This document shows, in pieces, positions 23,501 to 41,399 of a stretch of 64,000 nt of DNA. The DNA is taken from the NCBI GenBank assembly GCA_051294375.1, contig CM119263.1, forward strand, positions 29,158,079-29,222,078, in the 5' to 3' direction. The notes below the pieces were generated by a model that had not been told where the DNA came from, made no database searches, and worked only from the letters and a program-made list of their open reading frames with translations. Position numbers and translations under genes: made by a program. Source of the DNA: Paraspadella gotoi (taxonomy: Eukaryota; Animalia; Chaetognatha). Each line of letters starts with the position of its first letter. The first letter of the stretch is position 1.

Positions 23501-26206
23501 ATTCAAGAGCCAGAGTTAAAGAGAAAATACCATTAAATACTTTAGTTTGTTTTAAATCTTAATATTTTAAATTTAAAGTTAAATTATAAAATTAACCGAT
23601 CTTAACGGTTAACCGTTAAAAATGTTAGTTTTAACGGTTAAGCGAATTTTCTAAAAAATTAACGGTTATCGGAACTCTAGTAGCAACCGTATTCATTAGG
23701 GGCCAGGTTGGTTGAGCAGGGAAACCTCGCGAAGAAAACGCTGTTACAATCACCTGGGCAGCAGATGTTGGTCCTCGCCTCGGATATTTCGATGGTTAGG
23801 TAATGCTTGATGCAGACGAGACAGGACCGGTGTGAGCAGGTGGAAATGTGCGGAAACTGATCCGAAGGCTTGCGGCTGAGACATAAAGGGCACTCCATCT
23901 TTTCGGGCGTCGGATTCGGCGAAGTTTCGTTTTCGGCCATCGGGACTCGCGTATCGAGGCCTGCCGGGTCCAAGGAGGAAGCGACCCCGAAGGAGTTGGT
24001 CACCGCCGAGGAATTCATTGCTCTTTTTTCCTGGAGAAGCAAGGGTCGAAGAGATGAGTTATTTGAAAAGTATAATACGTTTTATAAATAAGTTGATTTT
24101 TTTATAAACTTAACGTAACAAAATTTAAAATTTGGGAGAAATTTCAAAAAATGTTTTTCAACGACTCCTAAATTTGCTTTTGCGCAGAAAATTGACGTAT
24201 ATATTTTTAGTGAGAAAATAGCGGCTGTGTCCAAAAAGAGAAATGAGATCAAAAATTGCAGAACTTTTATCGGAACGTTTTAAAAATACATATCGTACCT
24301 ATAATTCATATAAACATATACAAATGCATTATTTACCGAGGTGTAAAAAGGTTCCCTCGCATAATTTAATTTTGTACAATAAAAGAAACGAGATTATGTC
24401 ATCGATCTTCTCTATCTGCGGGAACTTTTGAATGACCTTTGGATTATCGAACTTCGTGTCATTCTTGAGTCATACATAGATTTACGGAGTCAGCTTTAAA
24501 GTTTCACAAGTGATTTTATAAAAATAAACAAGTGACGAGGATAGGCCAGAAGCGGTGACTTTCGCCAATCGCAAGTTTACTGCTAAGAAAAAGACTTAGC
24601 TGCCGAAGCACTTATTGGTCAACTTCAAGTTACAATTTTAAGAAGGGAGAGCGAGTGCCATTTCCAATATTTGAATTAATGATTTTTGATTTGAGCGAAA
24701 AAGAAAATGTTTAGACCCAACCTTAGATAAACAAATGAAAGGTATAAGTAGCTTCGTACTTAATGACATGGGCCATGGATCGTTTTTTGACCTATAAAAA
24801 TACGAACTTACCTCCAGAACCGAATCTCTGGCGGCGCCGACGCCGTCTCCAACGCTAGATGAGGAAACTAGCTCGGGGTTTCCTTTGGCGACGACAACGC
24901 CACGCCCACCGTTGGCGACGTTCGACGAGGCGCCGGAACTCCGCTGGCGCTGCATCGAGGGAAAAGGCGCGCCACGTCGAGTTTTTAAGACTCCCCACGA
25001 TGAGTTGGAACTGGCGTCGAGGAGCGCCGGCGTTTCAAGGTCTTGGTCGCCGTCTTCTCTCACGTTGTACTTTTTTGATTTTCGACGTTCTGTGTGAGAG
25101 TGATAAATAGTTATTTAATAGATAAATCATACGTAAAACCAGTGACTACAGGTACGCTTCGTGAAAGTATCTGGAAACCTGCTGAACGTCTCAATCTAAA
25201 TATCCGTTGCCAAATGGGCAGAAGACGACAAGAGGGCGAGTTGCGAGAATTGAGAGAGATTTGTCGTTGCGGTCGAGATTTGGATTCATCCAGAGGATTC
25301 AGCGCAGCTTTGCTTTCGTCCGCACAATTTGCTGTGAAAAAACGGAAAACCTTAGTTTTTTGGGTAAATAAATAAAAAACAAACTCATTTCTGATGTCTC
25401 GTTAATAAAATGATGAATTAATAAATACCTTATAATTTATATAAATTATATAATATAACTCATCCAACGTCTTTACAAAGCATTATTTTCAAATTTTATT
25501 TGTAGTTTCCCTCTCCGAGTCATAGTTGTTAATCTACCGTTCATCATGCTCGCGTTTTCGTTGTCCTCCGAGAAGAACTCTCTCTCCTCCGTGACGGCCG
25601 ACTCGTCGAGCCCGTGGAAGGAGCGCCCCGAGTCGAGGCTCCCGCCGAAATCCATATCGGCGTTTTTCACGCGGTCACGCCCTCCGTCAGTTTATAAGCG
25701 TCATTAAATAAAAGCCTCTTTCCTTCATAACTGAAGATAAATATGACATTGAAATGTTCAAGCTGTTTTGGTAGACTATTCCGTAAATAATAATTAAGAA
25801 AAAATAGTTATGTCAACGAAGAGAGTTACGAGCAAAACTTTACGATAAAACCTACGCTTGCTAAAACTAAGATAATGTAATGAATCGGGTCTGATTTTTA
25901 ATTTTAATCTTCTTTTTTAATTAATGATAAAACCTGAATTTCGAAAATATATGTTTAGGCGTATTAAACCTTCGAATATATATATATTCATTATTCATAT
26001 ATAGTTTTTATAAATATTGTTAAACACATTTAGTGTATCGAGAGATAATTTTTGTTGAAGATGAACACTAGTGCCGAACATCTACATAGTTCTTTAAAGA
26101 CGAGACAGGTTTGTGTAACGAATTCATTATACAACTACGATTTGGGCTTGACATCAAAAGTGCTGCTTCCGCCGGGGGGACATTACGATTGACTAGTCAG
26201 GATTAA

Positions 26207-29200
26207 TCATGGTACAACCCCTCCTTGAGAGGAGTGGGTCGTTTCGTAACGCCTCTCTCGAATCTTCTGCTTGTAGTGATAATATTTCAAGTAGTCCTTT
26301 GAAACGTTGGGCAGTTGCAGCAAGTTGATGCCGTCATACGAGAGATTCTTGCAAATGACGGCACGGCACAGATGCTGCAGGCTGAACACGAAGCTCCGGT
26401 TCAAAGGGATCGTCAGCATGGGTTCGAAGAACATGCAGCACGAGGGATCTTTGTAATGTTCGATGAGGCCGCAGACGGTGTCGCTGCTGAAGACTCCCGG
26501 GTCAAGGGCGTCGAAGGAGAATTTGTGCTGCCATTGCTCGATCCGCGCGTGGAGCGATCGACCGTAGCGACGGAAAGAAACGGAGAAAAGAAAATCCTCT
26601 TGCGCCGAGTCGCGCAGCAGAAAAGTGCCTTCGGGTTTGTTATCCAGCAGACGCTCGGCCTCGTAGCGATCCATCACGCCCCAATAGAAGGAGCAGGCGG
26701 TGATTTCTTTGAGGTCGTTGACCAGATGGTGCATGTAATCAATCTGAGTGTGCACCGTGCGGGGAATAAGGCGCCCGTCGGGTCCCAGGCTTCCGTACTC
26801 TGACTTTTGAGTCTCGGAGGTGAGGGCCACGCCTCCCAGCGACCCTTCCTCGTCGGAGGAGAGCCTGGCGGCGAGATCGCGAGCGGCGGCGGCCGTGGGA
26901 AAATGGCGCAGAGGATGATGGCGGGGCGGGAGGCCTGGTGGGAAAGCGGCAGGATTGGCGCCTGATAGGAAGGCGCTGATCGAGGGAAAGGGAATGCCTT
27001 CGGCCAGGAGGGCCTGGTGGTTGCTGTGTGGCGGCCTCTGACGATGCAGATTCAAGGCGGTAGACAGGGACACAGCAAGCGGGTCCACGGACACGGCCTC
27101 GTCGGCATCGCCGAGACACGAATCACCGCGGGCTTCGGCGCGATTGGCCGTACCCGCGGCGCCGCTTCGACCCCAACAGGAGGCCATCGATTCGATATCA
27201 AGGATCCGCTGGTGCCGACCCGGCGGAGCGGCGCCGTGAGCCGAGGGACGGCGGATCGGTGACCCCGTAAGGTGACCCACGACCGTCGAAATTAATTTGG
27301 AAGATGACAAACTCTTCGCGGAGGCTCGCTTGCCTGAAGGGGCGGCGCCGTCGTCTGAGGATTCGCAAACTTGACATCGGCGAAAGTTGGGACGCATCTC
27401 GAAATCTTGGGGGTGAACTCCAGAACGCGGAGGCGCAGCGGTTTCTGCTTCGAGCGCGAATCCGTGATCGTTACAACACTCGCTCGGGTCGGCGTGGAGA
27501 GCAGCGGGCGCGGCGCCGCCTTTTCCGCGACGCCGGTTTCGGGTGAAGAGAGACGTCAGATGCTTTAATTTGGATTTAGCGCCGCCTCCATGTGGGTTTA
27601 TCGCAGCTCCCTCTTTAGTCGGGTTAAAGTGAATGTGGGTCGATGACCCGACAGGTGGGGGGGGCGTCTGAGGGAGCGCTGGAGACGTCACGCGATGCGA
27701 AGGCGTCTTCTTGGCGTCCGTCTGAATGGGGGCCGCGTAGCCGTGATTCTTTGGCGTGGATGACGCCGCCGATTTTGCGGCGGCGGCGGGGACAACTGCG
27801 GCGGAATCGGTGGCGGTGCCGCCGTGGTCGGAACCGGCGTCGCTTGAGACGGATTCGTCGCGACTCTGCGCCGATCCGACGCACGACAATGGAGCCGTTC
27901 TCTCTCCTCCCTCTCCGTCGTTCCCATTGTGACCCTTTTTCCGTTTCATGAGCTTCTTGCACTTTTGCTTGACGCCGCCGCCAGAAGGCGTCAATTCGAA
28001 ACCGGAAGTGGGACACGAGGCGGAAAGTTCCGCCAAAGCATCGTTGAGTTCGGCTTTGGCGACGACCACCGCGGAAGAGGGCGTGGTCCGTTTGAGCGGC
28101 GACGCCGGCGTCGAGACGGAGACCGGAACTTGAGAATCGGAACGAACTTTAGTGACGACGGGGGCGCCGTCTTCAGCGTTTCTCGCGGCGCCAGATCGGC
28201 CGCCGACGGGGCCTTTCAAGCAAGAACGGCTGAGGTGTCCGGGAAAAACGTCCCGATTCTTTTTGGAGAGGAAATCGCGCGGAGGTTCTCCGCTGCGAGT
28301 GACTTGCATCTCGACGTGAGATTCCGAGGAATCGATGGAGGCCGTCTCGGGGCTCTTCTCGCTTTGAGATCGAAGAACGACGCGAGGGTGGAAGGGCGAA
28401 GGAACGGAGCCGCGCGAGCGATCGTGGAGGGGGCTACCGTGATCTTCGCAGGGATAGAGGGACGCCGGGACGTCGCTACGGGAGGGCGACGACGGCTTTG
28501 GTCGAGGATGGCAAGGAGAATTGTCAACCGTCCACTGGCGGGAGGCCAAGCGGGAACTGTAAAAAATACATCGACTTATGGTTTAACTTAGCAAAATAAA
28601 CTTATTATTTATTTTAAAAAATGTGATAATCTAATCGGCGTCTGGAATTTTTTATGCCACACCAAATTAATTTATAGCAACAGCCGAGTTGCCAGTGATG
28701 CCCATATAATAGTGGGGCTCAAGTCATGAATTATATAATATTCGTTACTTGATAATTGACCATTGATTTCACCTTTGAATAATAAAGTATTTATGAGTTA
28801 TGAAAAGGTCAGCCAGAATAGAGAAACTCTCAACCATTAATGTCATAATTATTCTAGCAAATTATCACAAAATTATCTAAGAATCAATAGTAAAATCCAA
28901 AAATATACCTAATAATAAAACGATACAAAAATCAATTGGACTTGAAATGATTTACTACTATATGGAAATGAGATTGATAAAAACTCAATCTCATTTAGTA
29001 TTATTCTAAGAATATCTCCTACACCCATTGGGATGAGGCATCAGGGCTTTAAAGGCTACCGACTATCAGTGACGCCTCCTGTCACTGGCGCGGTTACCCT
29101 AGGACAGTCTCGCTTTGCCAACGCAGAGGGAAGTCGTTAGGACTGTGCATGGAACGTAACGCTTGGGATGGTGCAAGATAACAGGCGAACTGGCGAAGAC

Positions 29201-30463
29201 TTTTGGAATACGCATAAGGGAGTTGATTCGGAAATTATCATTAATATGGTCGATAATAAAGTAAATAATCAAACCCTTTTGTAAATAGAATTATAGTCAT
29301 AATTTTGAAATCGTTCAAAAGTTTTAAAATACCGAATATTCTGCGTCAAAAGAGTGGGACCTGTAATGTTAACTAATGTTATGTTTTCGTTATCAAAATA
29401 GATGTAACGATTAAAGCGTCCTCGTACACACAGAATACCTGGGAGAATTCTGTGAAACTGCCTGTTGCAGACTGGCGTCCATGACTCGGACGATGCTGTG
29501 CAGCGACGTCTTTTCCAGCTCGGCCACCACCGCGGCGTTCATTGTCTTGGCCCCGGCGTTCATCGCTGCATCCACACAACTGACGAGCGACTGCAGAGAG
29601 GTGCGTTCCAATTCCGCCACCACCGACGCCTCCAGAAGTCCCAGATTATTCACGCCGGAAGCGAAAGGTGTCGCGTGTCCGCCCGAGGCGGTGGCGCCCG
29701 CCGCGAAAGAGGAAGAGCTGGATGAAGACGGGGAGGCGCGACCGCCGGCTTCGTTGGGAAGAGGAACGCCGGGGAGGTTGGAAGGTGCGCCGCAGAGACC
29801 GCCGGCGGATAAGGTGGCGAATCGAGCGGTGGTGCAAGCTCGACGGGAAAGACTCGAAGACGCCGACGCGCCTAAAGGAGACAAAAAACAATTTGTTGGA
29901 TCCTCCATTTTCTTTCATCCAAAATTAATTAATATAAGAAGTGAAACCCCGCGACCGACCTGCGGAATTGGAAACCCCAAACCCGTTGTACGAGTTCCAG
30001 GTGGAAGAGACCGAGGGCGGAGATCCGCTCATCCCGCGCCATAGGGAACTACCCGTCGGGAAGGGAGGCACCGCCGAGAAGGTGTGTTGACCGTGAATCC
30101 CGTGACAGTTGTATGGATATTCTTCGTCTGAGGTCGTCGTAGATCAATGAATGAATGAATGAATGAATGAATTATTGAAAATATCCATCGATAACATTTC
30201 AAATCATAATTCATAGAAACAGAGTCGCCATATCAATCACCCGAGTGGCTTGGAGGGGCGGAGGCTCCTAGACACGGCGCGCCGGAGATCGGCAGAGGCG
30301 ACGTGCTGCGAAGTTGTCGAATGTGATTGGACTCGATGATTTGCTGCAACGCCATCTCCTGCTCGGCGCTCAAAGGTGGAAAATTGACGACGGCGTCGGC
30401 GCTGTGATCGTGGGCGCCCATCGTCGTCGGAGATCGACGCTGTTGAGAAACGTCGTCGTCCAT
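26207..30463 (-). CDS. SOCS5: Suppressor of cytokine signalling, SOCS4/5 (SOCS36E-like) subfamily, ~1057 aa
   Basis: Exons 30463-30241, 30127-29960, 29871-29439 and 28556-26207 join in frame (3174 nt). The C-terminus has [12 protein letters not shown]..., SH2 [52 protein letters not shown] and SOCS box [12 protein letters not shown]...[15 protein letters not shown]. Confidence 0.9.
28673..29173 (-). mobile_element. Truncated copy of the 255-bp element, split by an insertion
   Basis: 28673-28704 and 29024-29173 are the reverse complement of the 3' two-thirds of copies 1/2. Confidence 0.8.
28705..29023 (-). mobile_element. 319-bp AT-rich solo-LTR-like insertion
   Basis: Flanked by duplicated CCCA (28701-28704 and 29024-29027). 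On the minus strand it begins TGTAGGAG and ends CTATTATA. Confidence 0.6.
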
Positions 30464-31489
30464 CGCTTCTGCTTCGAGGACGAGAGTTATGTCGCTCAAG
30501 CGCCGCCCGGTTGCTCAAATCACTTCTCGATTAAAAATTTCTTTTATTTTTTTCGTTTATTTTTTTAAAACTCGATTAGTCTCGTTTTGCACCGAAGAGT
30601 GAAGACTGAACTCTATCGTAATATAACCTAAAATTCCCTATATATCCGAAGTTTTTGCAAATATGAAAACTATTTTTTACGGAGGCAAACTTAAAAAGAT
30701 TTTTTAATCAACGTAAATTTAAAAACCAATTCAGTTTCAAAATGAGAATTAGAGAATAAAATTAGTCTTGATCTCAGCCCTTAATATGATTTCAACTTCT
30801 GGTTTCGCCATTTAATTAAGAGATCACTAACGACAACGTCGCCAATCATCGTCATCGTTCTCTTTCTATCAGGGCGTTTTCGGTGTCAAAGAAGTGATAT
30901 TTTCGTTTGATTTGTTGAACAGCATTTGTGTAATTAAAACACGAGGAGAAAAGCAAAACAAAAACCGCAAACTATTTTTTTAAAAAATGAAAAACATATT
31001 TCAAAATCTTACGATGTAATAATTAATATAAAATTACAGGCTGCAGGAGTGGACAACATTTTTTTGTTGCGAATCAGACTAAAATTTTCAGAAACAAATG
31101 AACAGCGAAAATCGAACGACATAAAAGAGCGAAAACTAGCGACATCTTTAATCCTTGCTCTTCTCTTCTCACTTACTATTAAAAGTGTTATCATGAATAA
31201 TAAGAAATTTAATGAGATAGAATATATTAAGAAATGCAAAAATTAATTAATTAATTTTAAAGAGTTAAAACTTGTAGTAAGTTGGTGATACAATCTTTTC
31301 GGTGATCCCGCAGTTGAATACGCTCTGGAGGCTTATTGGAAAACAAAGAGAAAGAAGATGGGAAAATAAAGTTTGTTTCTTTAAGGAAAAAAAAATTTAA
31401 GACCGTAACAACAATAATATTAAAAACTTTGATAAGCTTCACGGGCAAAGGATTTCTTTTCTTTAAAATATTAGTATTTAGTATTTATT

Positions 31490-31627
31490 AGTAACAGAGT
31501 TTTTATTTGTGATTACAACAATCATTTAATAATTCGGACATAATTTTAACCTTGATATCCTCTCTCACACTCTCTCTTTCCGAATTATTAAATGATTGTT
31601 GTAATGATAAATAAAAACTCTGTTACT
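31490..31627. repeat. 49-bp near-perfect inverted repeat with 40-nt spacer
   Basis: AGTAACAGAGTTTTTATTTGTGATTACAACAATCATTTAATAATTCGGA versus TCCGAATTATTAAATGATTGTTGTAATGATAAATAAAAACTCTGTTACT. Confidence 0.85.
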
Positions 31628-33433
31628 TTATAAATATCAATATTATATTTTTTTTAAAATTTATTAATATTAAAATATTTTTTTAATTATTATATACTTA
31701 AGTTGAAACTTAATTTTAAATTTAACCCTAACTTACTCCTACCCTCACCTAAACTTACCCCTAACATATCTTTAACCCTAATTTATTTTTTTAGTTAACT
31801 TATATTTATTCTTAATTTATTCTTAACCATAATTTATTGTAACCTTCATTTTTACCCAAACATAAAACAAAAATAACAAATATTAAAAAATTATATCTGA
31901 TGTTTCTTTCTTCTTTTTTTCAGTTAATTCTTTAAGAAAAACCTTGCTCTTTGTTTTCCATATGCTTCCAGAACGTATTGATCTCCAGGAATGCCATCTT
32001 TTCTATCTAGCTTTTTGAACATAATTGCTAGTCATCTGCTGCTAATTTTCTTTTTTTTAACCTTTGCATATCTGAGAATGGTTGTTCTAAAAATTAACAA
32101 GATGAGATTAAGTATTTTAAGCAGAATTTAATTTAACAAAATGTTTGAGTGGCACCGTATATATTGTGATATAATGTTGCTACAGTGCTAAAATGTAAAC
32201 TTCATTCCATAAACTAAAATATTTATTTTCTAAAGTTTAGTATAATTTCAAAGAAATTACCATCTAAAACATAATTTATCAAGATGCAAGAAAACGGTCA
32301 TGCACTACGCGAAAATATATAATGATTTTCAGATTTGTTGACCTAATTTTAAATTATTCAATTATAAAAAAGAATATTTATTAAAGATGTAAATATTACT
32401 GGTGTATATACATTCAAGAATATAGGATCGTTAAATGCAAAGTTAGCAATCCTCTTGTAAAAAGCTACCTGAGTGAGCCAAGACAAGATTCTAATCTATT
32501 TAATATTATTTTTATTATCATATGCCATAGAAAAATAGATATCTAAAAATTATTTTGTTGTACTGTAACAGAATTTAGAATTATCTCCCTCAGAAATTAA
32601 TCATTTTTTATGTGGTTAGAGGGTTTACATATATGTTAATTTTTTTTCCATAAAAGTAAAAACTTTTGTCTTATTTTTAAAAAGTACATAGATATTTATT
32701 GAGGTATCATCATAATGTTAGTTTCTTCCTACAGTTACAGTTTTTTGTATTCTAATTGGACTATATGAATTTTCATGCAACAATTGACATCTAAAACTTT
32801 CGTTTTTTCGTCGTTATAACTTATCACTTATAAGACATCACTATTGGACATAGTCTGCAAAATCACGCATGACAGATCTTGACCAAAACGTACTTATTTG
32901 AGATCCCTTTGAAGAGTCAAGTTCTTTATGACCTTCGAAAAAACATTAGTTCATTGTTATTGCTTGGCTGTTGATTTCAGTGGGGCACAGATACAGATTG
33001 AAAAAAAATCCACTTTGGTTACAATATATCACACTTCGACAAGTAAAAGGCAATATGAAAAATTTAATTAAGCTATATTTTAATGTAAAACAATCTCAAA
33101 TTCTAGATTTATTCTATATGTTCTTAATAATTAAACAATTAGTTAGGGATAATTATAAACTAATTTCAGTACTGATTTCAAACTATTTCTTAAAAGCAGT
33201 CTTCTTCTAATAACATAAAATTTAAAAGTTTTTAAAAAATTATGAAAATAAAAAAATTGAACATCATCGATATTAAATTGTTATTGCGATTAAACTTACA
33301 GAAAATTTACATAGAAAACCAAAAAGGCATTTAATAATATGCAAATAAATGCCGTAAAATCTCTTATTCAAAGCCTCGAGTTGCAGGAATATTTGAATCC
33401 TCTATAAATTTTGTAGTACTCGCGAGTACTCGC

Positions 33434-33588
33434 TTTTTTAGTCACTTTTCGGTCGGTCGGTCGGTCTGTCGGTATGTCTGTCCGTTGGTCTGTCCCACTT
33501 ACATTAAAACGCTTATAACTTGCCTATAGTTTGTTGCTTATTTGTTAAAAATCAAATCTAAGCGACTACTGGCGTCGCCTTTTGTTTT
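33434..33588 (+). mobile_element. DINE-1/HINE (Helentron-associated)-like short element
   Basis: T-run start, subterminal IR TAGTCAC / GCGACTA, internal (GTCG/GTCT)n microsatellite, 3' hairpin GCGAC-TACTGGC-GTCGC followed by a T-run. Confidence 0.55.
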
Positions 33589-34239
33589 AAAAGAAATCTT
33601 ATAAACTATAAAGAATAAATGATATGATAAGTAAAAAGAAAAATAATGCGGCGCAACACCTTGGAATAACCGTTCCTTGTTTTCTTATCAAATTTTGATA
33701 ATTAATTTTTAAAAAATGTAGTCAATTAGGTAGTTCTTGATTTGTAGAGGATTATTATTATTCCTTTGTCTAAAATTAAAATGTTGAGATCTTTCTCGAA
33801 TAAATGCCAGCACAATTTAAAAATTCACATTTCATTCCAAACGTGTTTTAAAATTTGTGTCATGAGAAATTTAATATGGCTACCGCATATTTTCAGCATT
33901 TTACTATTTAATAATTTATTATTGGATAGACACATTTTTTTTCCTAATTCTTTGAAAAATTTCAAAAAATATATTATTATTAATTTTTTTTTCAAAAACA
34001 CAAATTTTTTATTTTGTCGTATTCTAAGCGCCTTTAGACGCTTTTAGTGATAAAACGTCAACATGCTATGCCTTGTTTTAATATCCTGTGAAGATCATGT
34101 TAAACGAAAACGTCGCGACATATAAAAGGTAAACTCATAAACATAAATTATGAAGTCGAAAGCCTGTTATTTATTTTCGTTCACGAGATACTCCACTACT
34201 TTTTATTGAAGTCGTACCTCTCCGCCCTTAAGGTTTAAC

Positions 34240-39200
<4,961 letters not shown>

Positions 39201-41399
39201 TTTGTAGTCGCGATATCGGGATCGATTTTTAACAATTATTTTTTGAGTCTATTAATTTAATTTCGAAAAGTAGTTTTTTTATGCTCGAAGAATTGATACA
39301 AATAATATAAAATTTATAAAGACCGTATTTGTTCCTACTCTGTTTTAATTTTATATATTTTATATATGTCTTTGTGTTTGTTGTATTTGTTCCTAAAGCC
39401 ACAAAAAAATGGTTTGTCACATTTCTGTGGTTTAAGGTCGTTTTGTGTGAAACGCGGACGAGGACAAATCTTGGCTGATTATTTTTACTAAGTTGCGTAT
39501 TAAATTTTGATCAGAAAAATTGTTGAAAAAATGTTTCAAAGCGAATAATTTGTGAAAAGATTTTATATTTCATCGACGCATTTGATGTACAAAAGTTTAA
39601 AATATTTTTTTTTCTTTTGTTCGATTTTTTTTGTCTCTTTCTTTTTTTCTTCTTTGTTCGATTGTCGCGCTTTTGGTGTCAACCGGTGAATTTTTTTTTA
39701 AATTTTTTTTTCTGTCCTCCAAGAAAAAAAATATGGGAAAGAGGAGGAAGAGGAGGAGGAAAGAACGAAAAAGAAGAGGAAGACAAAGAAGAGGATAAAG
39801 AGAGAAAGAAGGAAATTCGAAGAAGAGGAAAAGTGAGAAGTTGAGAAAAAGATGATTAGATAACGAATCCTAGAGAGAAAATTATCTCCTAATCAGTTTC
39901 CTACTGTAGAAACCTTCAAACTGTAATGACAAACGTGTTTTAAGTTTAATATAATTGTATTTTTTTTCAATCGTAAATTGTTATGACATGTTTTAAGTTT
40001 AATACAATTGTAATTTTTTTTAAATCGTAAATTGTTATGACATCGGTGTTTTAAGTCTAGTAAGAGTATAAATTCAGATACTCTGGAACGTCGACTATAA
40101 AAGCTTTTTGTTCCAAAACTAAATTTGAATTTTCTTCTAATTTTTCTAAAAATGTATTTATCATCTGATTAATGTCAATACTTCGAGTTAGTTTGGCCCA
40201 TGGTTTTTAACTACGAATCTATCACCACCTTGTTCAATGGTTTGAAAACTTGACAGCCTCAACATTTATCTTTTGATTGAGGGGATAAATTTGGAGAAAG
40301 GAAAAAAAAAGCGCGAAACAATTAAAAAAAAATAAAAATTTAAATCGTAATTAACTACATCTGTCATTTTCGACATCTTTGTGACCTTTGAGTGAGGGTG
40401 AAAAAAATGTAAGATTGAAAGAAAAGAAGAAAGGAAGGAAAAAGAAAAAGAGAGAGAAAAAAAGAAAGAAAGAACAGAAAAAAATATGAAGAAAAGAAAA
40501 TTCAGGAAATTGAAAGAAAAATAAAAAAATAAGAAAAGATAAAAAGCAAAAAAAAAAAAAGAAAGGAAAAAGTGATGGGACAAAGAATCGCAGAAAGACA
40601 AATGGAGTTTGACAAAGATACAGAGATTAGATAAGTGGAAGGGATGAAATATAGGAAAGAAGAATTATCGATGGAAAGTGGAAAGATGGAAGGTAGAAAA
40701 TGAGAGATAAAGATGGGAAAAAGGGATAATGATAAGAGAGCATTGTGAAAGGTGGCAAATGATGGGAGAAAGAAAGTAGAAAAAAGAGACAAAAATGAAT
40801 AATGAATTCAAGAAAATAAAAAAGAAAAGAGATCTGCAATAAGAAATGACAAAGAATGAATTGAAATATGACAAAAGCCTCTCGAATGTAAAAAAGAAAA
40901 AAAAAGAAAAACCTGACTCAGGAAAAAGCAGACGAGAACGCGCCGGCGCAATGAAAAAAAAAAAGAAAGAAAAGAAAAAAAAAAGGAAAATTGGGTGCCG
41001 GTCTTCCTCCGCGCCGAAGACAAATCGACGAAATGTTTCGGGAGATAAATGGTTTTCACACGAACCCGCGAGACTCAAGTCAAGAAAAATCCGAAAAATG
41101 AACTTTTTTTTTTCGATTTTTTTTTTCGCATTTTTTTTTTCGATCAAATTTCGAGTTCACTACTTTTCGCGGAACCGAGAAGACGACTGACCTAGATCTA
41201 GGATTTTAAGGGAGGGGGGGCGGTGAGGAGAGTGGATGGGAGATGGGATGTAGAAGAGGGTGATGGGTCGTGGGGGTGATGGAGTTAGAGACGGGGAATG
41301 AAAATGGTGAATAGGAGATGGAAGGAAAGGGTTTATGAGAGAAAAGGCTGGGGATTGGGGATTGGGGAATGGGGTTGAGAAGATGCTATGGATGAGAAG

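Larger units (their letters stand above)
21952..23679. mobile_element. Non-autonomous hAT-superfamily DNA transposon with nested insertions
   Basis: TIRs TAGTGTTCCGATAACCGTTAA / TTAACGGTTATCGGAACTCTA; perfect 8-bp TSD GTAGCAAC (21944-21951 and 23680-23687); subterminal TTAACGGTT/AACCGTTAA repeats at both ends; no transposase ORF. Confidence 0.88.
17636..25655 (-). pseudogene. RNF19: RNF19A/B (Dorfin)-like RBR E3 ligase with intact RING1 and IBR but disabled RING2/TM region (truncated gene or pseudogene)
   Basis: In-frame exons 25655-25538, 25331-25179, 25089-24812, 24030-23754 (ECPLCLSRKPSDQFPHISTCSHRSCLVCIKHYLTIEISEARTNICCP), 18235-18094 (ECVELFHP...[23 protein letters not shown]) and 18031-17880 ([12 protein letters not shown]...[16 protein letters not shown]). 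Downstream remnants contain stops (17802-17800, 17719-17717, 17713-17711) and lack the GSCNHM catalytic segment. The first two exons are less certain. Confidence 0.8.

Noticed and set aside
26315-30568. Multiple long + strand and alternate-frame ORFs over SOCS
   Set aside because: Shadow ORFs caused by GC-rich coding sequence on the opposite strand.
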